Positions 26,028 through 40,070 of a stretch of DNA of 64,000 nucleotides are shown piece after piece (position 1 is the stretch's first letter; the number at the start of each line of letters is the position of its first letter). The notes beneath the pieces were generated by a model that saw nothing but the letters and a program-made list of their open reading frames with translations, was not told where the DNA came from and ran no database searches. Location of the stretch: positions 52,948,001-53,012,000 of the forward strand of contig OZ024749.1 in the NCBI GenBank assembly GCA_964016885.1, read 5' to 3'. The DNA comes from Eledone cirrhosa. Taxonomy: Eukaryota. The position numbers were made by a program, and so were the translations under genes.

Positions 26028-26394
26028 CAGCTATGGGGGGTCCACACATCAAAGGAATAGAAAACATCCCTAGAAGGAAACCAATCGCTTGTGATGCTTT
26101 TCTGGGGCCAACAATATCAAAGGCTATAGGTCCTAATAAACAGATGAAGATTCCATCGAAGATTCCCATACACAAACTGGCACCAATTAACCAGTAGAAT
26201 GATGGTAGAAATGGTATCAGCATTGTGACGGAACCAAAACCAAGAAATGCTATCTGTTGCAGCCGAATTCTGCTGACCTTTGGATGATCAGCAAGTTTAC
26301 CAAATACAAGACGACTAATACCGGAGGTAATGTGTATTGACATCAACACGAAAGGACCTTTGTCAACTGAGTAAAGATCTTGTGTATGTTTTAC
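26028..26394 (-). CDS. SLC16A10: SLC16A10-like coding exon 3
   Basis: tttcag acceptor. VKHTQD...ITSGISRLVFGKLAD...MGIFDGIFICLLGPIAFDIVG...ASQAIGFLLGMFSIPLMCGPPIA. GTGAGT donor. Confidence 0.93.
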
Positions 26395-26552
26395 CTGAAA
26401 CAAATCAATGATAATTTAGAATTTAGATATTATTGTAAAGGTTTCTTTGTTGCTTTTTTTAAATAATTAATTTTCTGTGAAATTTTTACTATCTTTATTC
26501 GCAAACGTTTTCCAAGTCAATTTCCAAATTAAATTAAAATAAATTAATAAAT

Positions 26553-27095
26553 GTGGTTAGAATGTCTCAGGAAAGAATTGCTGAAGAGTCACTCCAGGTA
26601 GAGCCAATTCTTCTCCAAATTGAGAGATCACATTTTCGATACTATGGGAATGTGGTTAGAATGTTTCAGGAAAGAATTGCTGAAGAGTCACTCCAGGTAG
26701 AGCCAATTCTTCTCCAAATTGAGAGATCACATTTTCGATACTATGGGAATGTGGTTAGAATGTTTCAGGAAAGAATTGTTGAAGAGTCACTCCAGGTAGA
26801 GCTGCTACTTCTCCGAATTGAGAGATCACAACTCTGATACTATGAACTTGTGGTTAGAATGTGTCAGGAAAGAATTGTTGGACAGATTTTACAGGCAAAA
26901 CCAACCAGCAGGAGACCCAGGGGTAGTAGACCCCGAGTAAGATGGTTGGATAACATCCATGAGCTTGGCTGGTCATGCTTGGAGATCCAGCTGGATCAAT
27001 TGGGGACGGTTGCTTCTGACAGGACCCACTAGGGGGAGTGTTTGAGGACTCTTCTCCTCATGACCCTCTCAGGAATAAGTGGGTGAAGAAGAAGA
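26553..27095 (+). mobile_element. Degenerate LINE 3' fragment (different RTE-like family) with a 96-bp tandem amplification
   Basis: IERSHFRYYGNVVRM repeated; RPRGSRPRVRWLD; (GAA)n tail. Confidence 0.65.
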
Positions 27096-27229
27096 TAAAT
27101 AAATAAACAAATATTTCATCTTTCACTACACAACATAAAATCAAACAAGAAAAAAAATAACATAAAATATAACTGTGTGTGTGTGTGTGTATACATCTTT
27201 TACATACATATATATATATATATATATAG

Positions 27230-27910
27230 ATGTACAGGGCTAATTAAGGAAAAGAGTGTTAGTGATATAAACCTTTCCCAATCACAGGAAGGATCCATAG
27301 AAGTGGTTGATAGCTTCTACTATCTAGGTGACCTAATTAGCAGCAGAGGAGGGTGCTCTGAGAGCATAATAGCTAGAATAAGGATAGGATGGAAAAAGGT
27401 TAGAGAGCTGCTCCCACTGTTGACAACAAAAGGTTTCTCCCTATGTACAAAGGAAGACTGTATGATGTCTGTGTGCGAAGTGCGATGCTGCATGGTAGTG
27501 AAACATGGCCTGTGACCGTGGAGGACTTGTCTAGACAGGAGAGAAATGAAACAACCATGCTTTGTTGAATGTGAAACGTAAATGTGAGAGCTTGGATGAA
27601 CTAAGGGTAAAGCTGGGTTTAAGAGGAATCAGAAGTGGTGTGCAGGAGAGAAGACTGCATTGGTACAGACATGTGATGCGCATGGATGATGATCACTGGG
27701 TGAAGAAGTGCCAGGAAATCCCAGTGGAAGGAAGCTGCAGTAGAGGTAGATCAAGGAAGACCTGGCCAGAGGTGGTGAGGGCTGACCTCAAATCACTGAG
27801 ACTCACAAAGGAAATAAGGAAGGAACACAGCGTGTGGAGAGATGCTGTGTTGAAAAAGACCCACCCAACCCATGCAAATATGGAAAAATTATGATAATGA
27901 TGATGATGAT
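27230..27910 (+). mobile_element. Degenerate RTE LINE 3' fragment
   Basis: EVVDSFYYLGDLISSRGGC...RRLHWYRHVMR...RKTW; (ATG)n tail. Confidence 0.8.
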
Positions 27911-28704
27911 TATATATATATATGTATTTGTGTGTGTGTATATAAATATAGAACACATCTATGTTTAAGTTTGGCAAGATCATTAATAATTCTTCAGTTT
28001 TATTTCTTATGTCTCCATTATTTGTAAGAGTCATTAGAATGTCAGATAGAATACCTTGCTGTATTTATTCCGACACTCTGCTCTCTGAGTTCAAATCCTG
28101 CCATTGACAACTTTGCCTTTCATCCATTTGAGGTCGATAAAAAAAGTACCAGTCTTGTACTGGGGTCAATTCTTCCTCTATATCTCTTTCTCACTTCTAT
28201 TCTTTCACTCTTTCTATCCTTCCCTGGAAGAAGTCTGTTGTATTCAGACCTGGAGAGGAGATAGGTTCTGCCAGGTTTAAAAATGCCTTAGAAACGCTGT
28301 ATGTCAAAACAGCATCACTTTATGACCCCTTCTGGGGTTATGGGACCATATGTATTATTTATAAGAAATGGTTAACGGTTAGTTCAGTTGTTTTATTATT
28401 CTTACATCTTTCTTTCTTTCTATTTTTTTTATTCTATGTTTATGAAATCTCAAATTAAGTATCAAAATTCACAGATAACAAAATAGCAAGCTGAGAATAA
28501 ACTCGTATTAAACAGATGGATATCAAACTTTTAAATTAATCTTAACCCAGTTACTAACCAGGTCACACTTATCCATCTTGTTACAGGTCTTGTCCATAAT
28601 TTTCTATATTTTAAAAAGTGTTTTTAAAAAATTGAATTGTAAATACTTCATTGTTTACTAGAGTTGAGAAAGCTGACAAATTTTCAGATCAACAACAAAA
28701 TATA

Positions 28705-29118
28705 GCTTGATCAGTTAATATAATGTATGATGTGATCAATGTCTGGAGATGGTATACCATATTGATACAGTTAATATGATGTATGATGTGATCAATGTCT
28801 GGAGATGGTATACCATATTGATACAGTTAATATAATGTATGATGTGATCAATGTCTGGAGATGGTATACCATATTGATACAGTTAATATGATGTATGATG
28901 TGATCAATGTCTGGAGATGGTATACCATATTGATAGTTAATATAATGTATGCTGTGATCAATATCTGGAGATGGTATACCATATTGATACAGTTAATATA
29001 ATGTATGCTGTGATCAATGTCTGGAGATGGTATACCATATTGATACAGTTAATATAATGTATGATGTGATCAATACTGGAGATGGTATACCATATTGATA
29101 TAATGTATGCTGTGATCA
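28705..29118. repeat. ~54-bp minisatellite
   Basis: gatcaatgtctggagatggtataccatattgatacagttaatataatgtatgatgt repeated. Confidence 0.9.
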
Positions 29119-29709
29119 AAGCGTTGAGGTGATATAAAATAGAGTGAAGACCCTTTAAAGATGGAAGAAGAAGTTGAGTTTTTCCATACATGAGCATACC
29201 ATTCTTTATATTAACTTTATTCCCTCAGCACTTTGTAAACACCCAAGGGATCAGCTACATAGATAAGAGGGTCTGCTGAAAAAGTTCATAAGCTGACTAT
29301 GAAGGATTGAAATATTTCATTAATTTCAACTCTTCTTATCAATAACTGTATTCCAGAGACTATGTTGAAAAAAATAAACCTCATTTGGTCATTCCATGAG
29401 AGTATCTTGGTCAGCCTATGAACTTCTCAGCCGACCCTCCTATATAACTTTCATCTGTCTCACATACTTATTTTGAGGAAAAAATAATTGTTTCTACTTT
29501 TGGCACAAGGTCAGCAATTACCTCAGTGTATTACTGGTACTTTATTCTATCGTCCCGTAAGGATGAAAGGCAAAGTTAACCTCGGCGGGATTTGAACTCT
29601 GAACGTAAAGGGCCGTAACTCTATGCTGCAAGGCATGGCATCAGACCTATCGATACTGCTACACCTTCCAGTAAAATGTTCAATTAAACATTGTCAAATG
29701 TGTATTGAC

Positions 29710-30030
29710 ATTTCACAAATGACCATGGGATTTGCACCTAGCAAGTTCCCCCTCCGAGGCACAAGTCCGGGCAATGTTGTTTGTGGAAGACCAACAGTGA
29801 CCCATGCATACCAGCCTCCCCTCTTCACACCACCGATGTTGTCCAAGGGAAAGGCAAAGGCTGATACAGCTTGGCACCTGTGATGTCGCAACTCATTTCT
29901 ACAGCTGAGTGAACTGGAGCAATGTGAAATAAAGTGTCTTGCTCAAGGTCAAAATGCAAAGCTCTGTGCGAGAACCGAACTCACAACTGCAAGCCTGATG
30001 CTCTAACCACTAAGCCATGCACCTTCACTA
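29710..30030 (-). mobile_element. SINE with a family-A-like head and central domain but a different 3' body
   Basis: tggcttagtggttagagca head, ccttgagcaagacacttt domain, distinct downstream body. Confidence 0.6.
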
Positions 30031-30657
30031 TCAAATATATTGATTTCATATCAAATATATATCGTTCTCATTATTGAACAAGATCTTCTACAACTTTGGT
30101 GACATCTGGCAACAGTAAAAGCTGACAATTCGTCGGATATGCTAAAATACACGAATACAAATACAAAGTTCTCATTACACACTGCCTTGACATTGTTGTA
30201 TATATACATATATATATATACATACATATACATATATATATTAATATATATATGTATATATATATATATACATATATATATGTATATATATATATATATA
30301 TACATATATATATGTATATATATGTATATTAATATATATATGTATATATATATATATACATATATATATGTATATATATATATATACATATATATATGTA
30401 TATATATATATATACATATATATATACATATATACATATATATATACATATATATATGTATATTAATATATATATATATATGTTAATATATATATATATA
30501 TGTATATTAATATATATATGTATATTAATATATATATATATATATGTATATTAATATATATATATATATATATGTATATTAATATATATATATACATATA
30601 TATATGTATATTAATATATATATATACATATATATATGTTAATATATACATATATAT

Positions 30658-31000
30658 CATCATCATCATCATCATATTTTACGTCCACTTTTCCATGCTT
30701 GCAAGGGTGGGACGGGAACTGATTCTGGCATGATTTCTACAGCTGGATGCCCTTCCTAACACCAACCTCATTTACAGTGAGTGCTGGGTGCTTTTTTGCC
30801 GTGGCACCTCCACGACCACTTTGCAGTGGAATGATATGGACCCCAGTCCCTATCATCTCATTTCTACAGCTGAGTAAACTGGAGCAATGTGAAATAAAGT
30901 GTCTTGCTCAAGGAAACAACACATCACCCGGACTGAGAATTGAACTCACAACCTTTCGATTGCAAGGCCAATGCTCTAACCACTAAGCCATGTGCCTCCA
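30658..31000 (-). mobile_element. SINE family A, full length
   Basis: Near-identical reverse complement of 22473-22811. Confidence 0.85.
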
Positions 31001-31156
31001 TATATTTATATTAATATATATATATATATATATATACATATATATGTATATTAATATATATATATATACATATATATATTAATATATATATATATAAATG
31101 GAAAAAAATGAAACGAAATTTCATTTCTCACTCTTAGTATTCAATCAGGAAGGTAT

Positions 31157-31199
31157 ACGTTGCTGACGATAGCTAATAAGGTTGAAACTAGTACAGCGT
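31157..31199 (+). ncRNA. Minimal type I hammerhead ribozyme motif
   Basis: acgttg CTGACGA tagctaataaggtt GAA ACTAGT A cagcgt: 6-bp helix I, palindromic ACTAGT, GUA triplet; helix II is imperfect. Confidence 0.65.
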
Positions 31200-31496
31200 T
31201 CCTTTGTCAGTGTTGAACAAATGAGCAACGATGGTTGCTAGACACTACGGCTTAATTCGGGATGTTTGTTTACAAACACACTGAGCATTATAATAAATGT
31301 TCGGTGAATCCATACGTACATATATATTAATATATATATATATATATTAATATATATATATATATTAATATATATATATATATATATTAATATATATATA
31401 TATATATATTAATATATATATATATATATATTAATATATATATATATATATATTAATATATATATATATATATATTAATATATATATATATATATA

Positions 31497-31532
<36 letters not shown>

Positions 31533-31548
31533 TATATATATATATATA

Positions 31549-31584
<36 letters not shown>

Positions 31585-31698
31585 TATATATATATATATA
31601 TATTAATATATATATATATATATATTAATATATATATATATATATATATATTAATATATATATATATATATATTAATATATATATATATATATATATA

Positions 31699-31802
<104 letters not shown>

Positions 31803-31898
31803 TATATATATATATTAATATATATATATATATATATATTAATATACATATATATATATATATATATATATTAATATACATATATATATATATATATA

Positions 31899-31936
<38 letters not shown>

Positions 31937-32089
31937 TATACATATATATATATATATATATATTAATATACATATATATATATATATATATATTAATATA
32001 CATATATATATATATATATTAATATACATATATATATATATATGTATATTAATACCCATGGGTACAAGCTGAAGCATATAGACAATATG

Positions 32090-32871
32090 GGGGAAGGTCA
32101 TATTTGTGTAATAATATTGCCAGAATTAATAACAGAACACACTCACTGTTTGGTTGGTTTTCGCTTCTGTGTCTTTTATATCGGTTAATTTAATTTATTC
32201 GGTCCTCAATGTTGCCATTGACTGACCAATGGTCAAAAATACAGATACAATATAGACACAAACACATATATATCATCTATCAAAGTTCTTTCGTTGCACA
32301 TCTGCAACATCGTCAGTGGTGCTATTGTTTCCTCCCGTTGCATTGTATGCTTACGCCATCTTTATTCTGTTTATTTATTTGTTTATTTTTTTTTGTCTTT
32401 TCTGTGCATGCGTTTGCGTGTGTGTATAGTGTTTTGTTTGATGTGTGTTCTTGTTTGGGTGACTGTGTATTGGTTATTGTATTCTATCTTAGTTTACTAG
32501 TGTGTGTTTATATGTGTTTGTTGTTATTGTGCTTGTGTATGTATTTATTTATACTTCTCTTAGGTCAGTATTGTTTGTTTGGGTGTTGTTGTTATTCCAT
32601 TCATTTTTTCTGTTTAGCCTTGGCCTTCTAAGTTCTATTTCGCTGGACTCTCTGATTTGCCTATCTGCTGGGTCATTTCTATGTTTAGATATTATTCTAA
32701 CTTCTATGTTGTCTATGTTACCGTTGTGTTGTTGTCTGGCATGTTTAGTAAAAAATACGGCGAAAGCTTCTATTTTCTAATCTATATATATACAAGGTGT
32801 TCCCCAAAAATGTATACACACTTTGATTATGTTGCTGTTGATGTGTGTATGCATTTTTGGGGGACACCCTG

Positions 32872-32904
<33 letters not shown>

Positions 32905-33290
32905 ATATATATAGTCAGATCAGATGACCATGTCTTGCTCATACAGAACTTTTTGATTTGGTTTCTACGGCTGGATGCCCTTCCTAATGCCAACCACATT
33001 TACAGTGAGTAGTGAGTGCTTTTTGTCATGGCACCAACATGATCACTTTACATATATATATATGTCTGTAACTCTAAAATTTACATATACAGATTGTATT
33101 TCCTATATCAGTCATGTTGCTACAATAAGATGTATCTGTATTTTTGACCATTGGTCAGTCAATGGCAACACTGAGGACCGAATAAATTAAATTAACCGAT
33201 ATAAAAGACACAGAAGCGGAAACCAACCAAACAGTGAGTGTGTTCTGTTATTAATTCTGGCAATATTATTACACAAATATGACCCTCCCC
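32090..33290. repeat. Inverted repeat, 160-bp arms (32090-32249 / 33131-33290)
   Basis: Direct reading; a diverged third copy lies at about 36540-36640. Confidence 0.9.
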
Positions 33291-33313
33291 AAGTATAACA
33301 ATATATATATATA

Positions 33314-33649
33314 TCATCATTTCATTTAATGTCCGCTTTTTCCCTGCTTGCAAGGGTGGGACGGGAACTGATTCTGGCTCGATTTCTACAGCTGGATGCC
33401 CTTCCTAACACCAACCTCATTTACAGTGAGTGCTGGGTGCTTTTTTGCCGTGGCACCTCCACGACCACTTTGCAGTGGAATGATATGAACCCCAGTCCCT
33501 ATCATCTCATTTCTACAGCTGAGTAAACTGGAGCAATGTGATATAAAGTGTCTTGCTCAAGGAAACAACACATCATCCGGTCTGAGAATTGAACTCACAA
33601 CCTTTCGATTGCAAAGCCAATGCTCTAACTACTAAGCCATGTGCCTCCA
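33314..33649 (-). mobile_element. SINE family A, full length
   Basis: Near-identical to the other copies. Confidence 0.85.
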
Positions 33650-33759
33650 TGGATATATATATATATATATATATATAAATATATACACACACATATATAT
33701 ATGTCCCACTCTTGCAAGCAGGGAAAAGCTGACGTAAAATGATGATGATGATGATGACG

Positions 33760-33796
<37 letters not shown>

Positions 33797-35000
33797 CATA
33801 TATGTATATATATATATATACATACATATATATATATATACATATTTCTTCCGTGCATTGTGTTGTTTGCCTTTTACATGATTATATATATATATATATG
33901 TATCAATAATGCTCATTGAAGCCGTATATATCAATAACTCCCAATAGAGCTGTATGTATCAATAACGGCTGCTGGAGTCGTATAGGTCAATAGAAGGTAA
34001 GCTGGAACAAATCCCACGTCATTTTCTTAACCCGATGTCCTAACAGGAAGGGAAGCCATTTTCCTCAGTTCAGTCTGGGGACCGAACCTAAATGACTGCA
34101 ACAGAGTGGACTCTGCTAAAGGGTACCAGCTACCAGGTGTTATGGTATATCAGCTGCTGAATGAAGCCTACCACATAAGAATGGGCTTCTACACAGTTTC
34201 TGTCAGTGAAATTCCACTGACAAATCTCTGGTAGAAGTACATTTGTTCTGACATATGCTGTGCCAACTGGATTAAACCAGAAATATGTAGTTACATAATA
34301 ATCTTCTTAAAAACTTTACACACACAATTCATTATATATGTTGGTAATTATCATGGCTGTGTTTATAGGTTTCAGATTTTTAGGTCATGTTTCTAATATC
34401 AATACATGTCTCCCAAGTAGACAAACAGAGGCATAGACAGACAGACAGCTACACAGAGACATAGACAAACATACATAGATAGACAGACATATGTGTAGAC
34501 AAACAGACAGACATGTGTAGACAAACAGATATGTCGACAAACAGACAGACGTAACCTGATTTTAGGAGAGATATTTTTGAAAGGTTTACTGATTGACATA
34601 CTGACACTAAACCATACAAATATACTTCAACAATTCCAGTTAATATTCAGTTAGGCCTAATATACAAGGCGACCACAAAAACACTCCTTCATTTCAAATA
34701 CTTATAATATCAAAACTTAAATGAATATTTTTACAATATTGGTGGCTAAAGTTGCATAAACTAACAAAGTTATGGTTTTAATAATTGACTTCTAGGATAT
34801 AATTACATAAATGTTCAATATGTCTGTTGAAATGAGAAGAGAGGATTAAATGTAGGGGTAACTTTGGAGAAATAACTATTTACAGGGACAGATGTAGGGT
34901 TAGAAACCAGGACCTTGTGATTGGTAAGTGAAACATCTTATTGTAGCAACATGACTGAGATAGGAAATACATTCTGTGTATGTAAATTTTAGAGTTACAG

Positions 35001-35151
<151 letters not shown>

Positions 35152-35293
35152 GATCATGTTGGTGCCACAACAAAAAGCACTCAGTACTCACTGTAAATGT
35201 GGTTGGCATTAGGAAGGGCATCCAGCCGTAGAAACCAAACCAAAAAGTTATGTATGAGCAAGACATGGTCATCTGATCTGACTATATATATAT

Positions 35294-35473
35294 ATAGAAA
35301 GATTTGAATGGATACAGTTTAGTTGAAAGGAATTTATTGACACGTGTTTCTATAACAGTTACATAACCTGAAAACTTTGTAGATAGCAACTGTTTTCAGG
35401 TTATGTAACTGTTATAGAAACACGTGTCAATAAATTCCTTTCAACTAAACTGTATCCATTCAAATCTTTCTAT
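35294..35473. repeat. Perfect hairpin, 82-bp arms, 16-nt loop
   Basis: Direct reading of the reverse complement. Confidence 0.95.
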
Positions 35474-35580
35474 TTTTCTCCGGATTACTTTTGGAACTAC
35501 AACTGGAACCGTCGAGCAAACTCTACGTGAGCTGTCAATCTACTGTGTGTAATATTTATATTACAATACAACGGAAAATA

Positions 35581-35619
<39 letters not shown>

Positions 35620-35622
<3 letters not shown>

Positions 35623-35701
35623 GGTGTCCCCCCAAAAAAATGCATACACACATCAACAGCAATATAATCAAAGTGTGTATACATTTTTGGGGGACACCCT
35701 G
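35620..35701. mobile_element. Tc1/mariner-like MITE (copies also at 32793-32871 and 19181-19276)
   Basis: TA-CAGGGTGTCCCCCAAAAA ... TTTTTGGGGGACACCCTG-TA, inserted in a (TA)n tract. Confidence 0.7.
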
Positions 35702-35931
35702 TATATATATATATATATATATTAGAAAATAGAAGCTTTCGCCGTATTTTTTGACTAAACAAATTTTAGCCTGATAGTGGGGTTTAGAACCCTCAGAGAA
35801 ATGGAAAAAGATGAGTATTGACGTACATATATATATATATATATGCAAAGGTTATATTTAATTTGCTGGGATTCAACAAACTTAAGCATTTTTATAACTA
35901 TTATAAAGCACTCAACAGTTTAGTGGAGTAA

Positions 35932-36224
35932 ATATACAATATATTAATAAATGGAAACTATATTTATAAAACCATATTTATTTTATTATATATATTTCAA
36001 GGGCAACCAAGGCAAATTATGGTGTGCTTTCATCAGATAAAATACAGATTTGTTTTATAAATAAATAAATTTTTTCCGGGTATGTCAATATTTATTTATA
36101 AAACAAATCTGTATTTTATCTGATGAAAGCGCACCATAATTTGCCTTGGTTGCCCTTGAAATATATATAATAAAATAAATATGGTTTTATAAATATAGTT
36201 TCCATTTATTAATATATTGTATAT
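35932..36224. repeat. Hairpin, 136-bp arms, 21-nt loop
   Basis: Direct reading; each arm contains a hammerhead motif. Confidence 0.95.
36112..36177 (+). ncRNA. Type I hammerhead ribozyme motif (mirror copy at 35979-36044, minus strand)
   Basis: tattttat CTGATGA aag..ctt GAA ATATATAT A ataaaata: 8-bp helix I, intact core, palindromic helix III, AUA cleavage triplet. Confidence 0.7.
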
Positions 36225-36634
36225 ATATATATATATGTATGCTTTTTATATCTATATATCTATGCATAGTGTTGGATACGTTTATCAGATAATATCATCT
36301 GTTATGCCTCTGCTTGGACTGGGCTTATGTTTTTGAAACTATCTCATCATTGATCGATTAACAGACAATATAATTGATATTGTGTATTGGTCACAATTAT
36401 TCCTATATATGCATGTATATATATATATATATGCATGTATATATATATATGAAAGAACTTTGATAGACTATATATATATTTTTAACCGTTGGTCAATCAA
36501 TGATAAACATTGATTGCCAGCTAAATTAACACTATAGGGATATAAAATATACAGAAGTGAAAACCAATCGAAACCAAACAGTAAGTGTGTTTTATTATTA
36601 TTTCTGGTAAAACAATATGACCCTCCCCAAATAT

Positions 36635-36688
<54 letters not shown>

Positions 36689-37021
36689 AAACTGCAGTAG
36701 GGTGAGATCTGACAAGCATATTTTAATGTTTGTGACTTATTCTCATTCATCCATTCTATTTCTTCTTCTCTTTTCCTCAAGTCAACTCACACCGAGCCGC
36801 TGATTTCTATCCTTCGAGGTAATATTTTACCCAACGCTGCTTTGACGGCATTTTGCTGTTTTAACAGCTTCCATACACCAAGTTTTTTCCATTTTCTTAC
36901 AAACATAAATGTATACATTTGCAAGAGATGTCAACATGAATGGACCTGTTATTTTTATCTAAAGACATTTTTTCCAATTCCAACCCGCCCGTCCCCTCAA
37001 TCCATCTTATTTCTCATTCTT

Positions 37022-37057
37022 TCTTCCGATGAAGGACTAGCGTCCGAAACGTTAAGA
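37022..37057 (+). ncRNA. Minimal hammerhead motif (U4C variant)
   Basis: tctt CCGATGA A GGAC tagc GTCC GAA ACGT T aaga. Confidence 0.6.
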
Positions 37058-37160
37058 CCCTCTTCCTGCTATTTCAAGCGTTAACCTAATATATCCCTTC
37101 CATATACTGTACTGATTGTGTTGTTATTTCTGTTTACCTTTTACATACATACATATATAT

Positions 37161-37191
<31 letters not shown>

Positions 37192-38076
37192 CATACACAC
37201 ACATATATATATATATAAATAAATATATATATATAGCAGATCAATAACCTAAATCACCAGTCCACCATTGCCCTCTAATTTTATATAATCTTTTGGTTAT
37301 TTTCTGTTTTACTTTGTTACTAAAAAAGCTTTTGTAGGTAGGATTGCTAAACTTACTGTGTGATAGGAATATTATAACATATGTTGTAATATTATAACAT
37401 AGTATTATATGTTATATAACATATGTTATAATATTATAACATAGTATTATGTGTTATGTAACATGTTATAATACTATTACATAATATCATAATTGTTTCT
37501 ACTTTTGACACAAGGCCAGCAATTATCCCAGTGTATGACTGGTACTTTATTTTATCGACCTCGTAAGGATGAAAGGCAAAGTCAACCTCGACGGGATTTG
37601 AACTCAGACCGTAAAGGGACGTAAATATGCTGGAAAGCATGGCGTCCAACCCTCTACCGATACTGCCAATTCATTATAATAACACAATATTAGCTTTGCC
37701 TTTCACCCTTACTGGGGTTGATAAAATAAAGTACCAGTAATGCACTGGGGTCAATTTAATCGACTTTCCCGACCCCTCAAATTGTTGGCCTTGTGTCTAA
37801 TTTAGAAACAATTATAACATAATGTTATAATAATATAACATAATATTATATATTATATATCATGTTATAATATATTATAACATGTTATATAATATATATG
37901 TTATATTATTATAACATTTCGACATATATATATATGTATATACATAAAACAAAGGAATAAAGAAAATTAAAAAATCTCACAAAAAGATAAAAATAATTAA
38001 AAAAAACAATGAGATGAAGAAGATCTCAAGAAATTTTGATATTTTTCTGTTATTTCTTGTTCTAGATCCTACTTAC

Positions 38077-38684
38077 CAAATGAACAAATGGTACAAAATA
38101 ACCAAATAAAGCAATGCCGCAAGATAACGCCCATATCACATAACCTTTGTTCCTCCATAATTCCACATTGAGGAATTTTTTGGTCCATGAACAGCAGTCG
38201 TGCACTTGTTCGTAAATACTTTCCGTTGACAATGCTGCGTGACTTGGACTGCTTTCTTTGACTAAAACCGGTTTCCAGGTCAACGTACAAAATATCATTG
38301 TTGCTTCTAATCCACTAAGAATTAATAAGGTGTTCTTCAGCTCTACCGCCTCAATAAGAAACGGAAGGATTTGTGAGAAACTAATTGAAAACAAAGCACT
38401 GCCACAAGACACTATACCATTCACAAGACCCATTTTCTTTCTGAAGTAATGTCCAAGGATGACCAGAGACGGTGAGTAAATAAAAGACCCACCAACTCCT
38501 ACTAAGATGCCATATGTTAAATAAAGAAGTTCCAGTTTGGTCACAAAAGCACTGGACATGAGACCAATCGAGGAAAGCAAGGCTCCAAAACAAGCGACTT
38601 TTCTGATTCCAATTCTGTCTGCGAGGATGCTGGCAAATATAGACATAAGGAATGTCATTCCAATTGTAACAGATCCAACCCAGG
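38077..38684 (-). CDS. SLC16A10: SLC16A10-like coding exon 2
   Basis: ttccag acceptor. SWVGS...ADRIGIRKVA...LYLTYGILVGVGGSFIYSPSLVILGHYFRKKMGLVNGIV...LFGYFVPFVHL. GTAAGT donor. Confidence 0.93.
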
Positions 38685-39559
38685 CTGGAAATAAAATGGA
38701 AAGAAAAAAATGAAGATATAATTATAACTTGCAAAATAAAGAATAATCTGGTGGTGGTGGTGGTGGTGGTGAGTTACATTAAAAGACTTCTAATTAAATA
38801 ACAATTTAATTTAATCTTATTGTGTAGGTGTCACAACAAAAATCACCCAGTCCTCACTGTAAGGTGGTCGTGTAGGTGTCACGACAAAAAAAAAATCACC
38901 CAGTCCACACTGTAAAATGGTCATGTTGGTGCCACGACAGAAAGTGCTTAGCCCACACTATAAGGTGGTCATGTAGGTGACACAACAAAAGTGCTCAGTC
39001 CACACTGTAAAATGGTCATGTTGGTGCCACGACAAAAAGTGCTTAGCCCACACTGTAAGGTGGTCATGACAAAAATCACCCAGTCCACACTGTAAGGTGG
39101 TCATATAGGTGTCATGACAAAAATTACCCAGTCCACACTGTAAAGTGGTTGTGTAGATGAGGAACCACCAGGGCTTAGTCCTCAATCCAATTGTGGCCAT
39201 AACAGAGGAGTTTAAGACTAGCACGCTATATGTACTCTTGTATGCTGATGACCTGGTTTTTATAGCTGAATCTATGGAAGAGTTAGAAATGAAATTCCAG
39301 ACATGGAAGAAAAATTGAGAAGTGAAAGACCTAAAAGTAAACTTAGTGAAGACTAAAATCCTGGTTAAGAGATCTTGTTTGACATATCAAAAAGTAGTGA
39401 GAAGAGATTCCATAAGGTGCACACAATATAATATATGGGTGTACACTATATATAGTGGGACTACAGGAGGGTTAATGCATGTATGTGTGTATATGTATAC
39501 ATGTATGTGTATGTGTGTGTCAGGTCGCTGTTCAGTGATACTGGTAACATGTAACCCAG

Positions 39560-40070
39560 TACAACCTGTGTATGGTCAGGTCATCGCCGACTAAACCAGC
39601 AATCCCACCAAGCTTGCTTGGTGAGAAGGGTAAATTTGGACACCCTGCAGGATGAAAAACAAAACTCGTGAAAGGGCAGAGGAACTCAGAAGAGTCAGCG
39701 GCCATCCAATAAAGTTGTTTTTTTGTGGAGTGAGAGAGCCCTAGTCTTCATTAAGACATCTCTCTAGAAGAAGGTCACTCTGATATAAAACCTGCGACTT
39801 AGTTTGTCCCCAATGATGTAGACCAGTTCTACCTTTTGGGCAAATATATTCAATGTTCAGAGAGTGGGATTAGCTCTGTGCAAAGCCTTTCCTCACTTAA
39901 AAAAGCTTCAAGCACAGGCATTGCTTGATATGTGACATTTATTCTGAAGCATGGTATTGCTGGCCATAGGCAAGTCCCTAGCAGGACTAAAAAGCCACAT
40001 CCGTGATGCTCATACTTAAGTATCAAGCAATGGCATTACTCAATTACTCGAAATTGAGATGCAGCCATCA
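39560..40070 (+). mobile_element. Dispersed repeat resembling an RTE 5' region; rearranged homolog at 9820-10245
   Basis: Shares ctagaagaaggtcactctgata / ctaggagaaggaaaactctgata and the gcacaggcattgctt...ggactaaaaagccaca blocks with 9820-10245. Confidence 0.45.
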
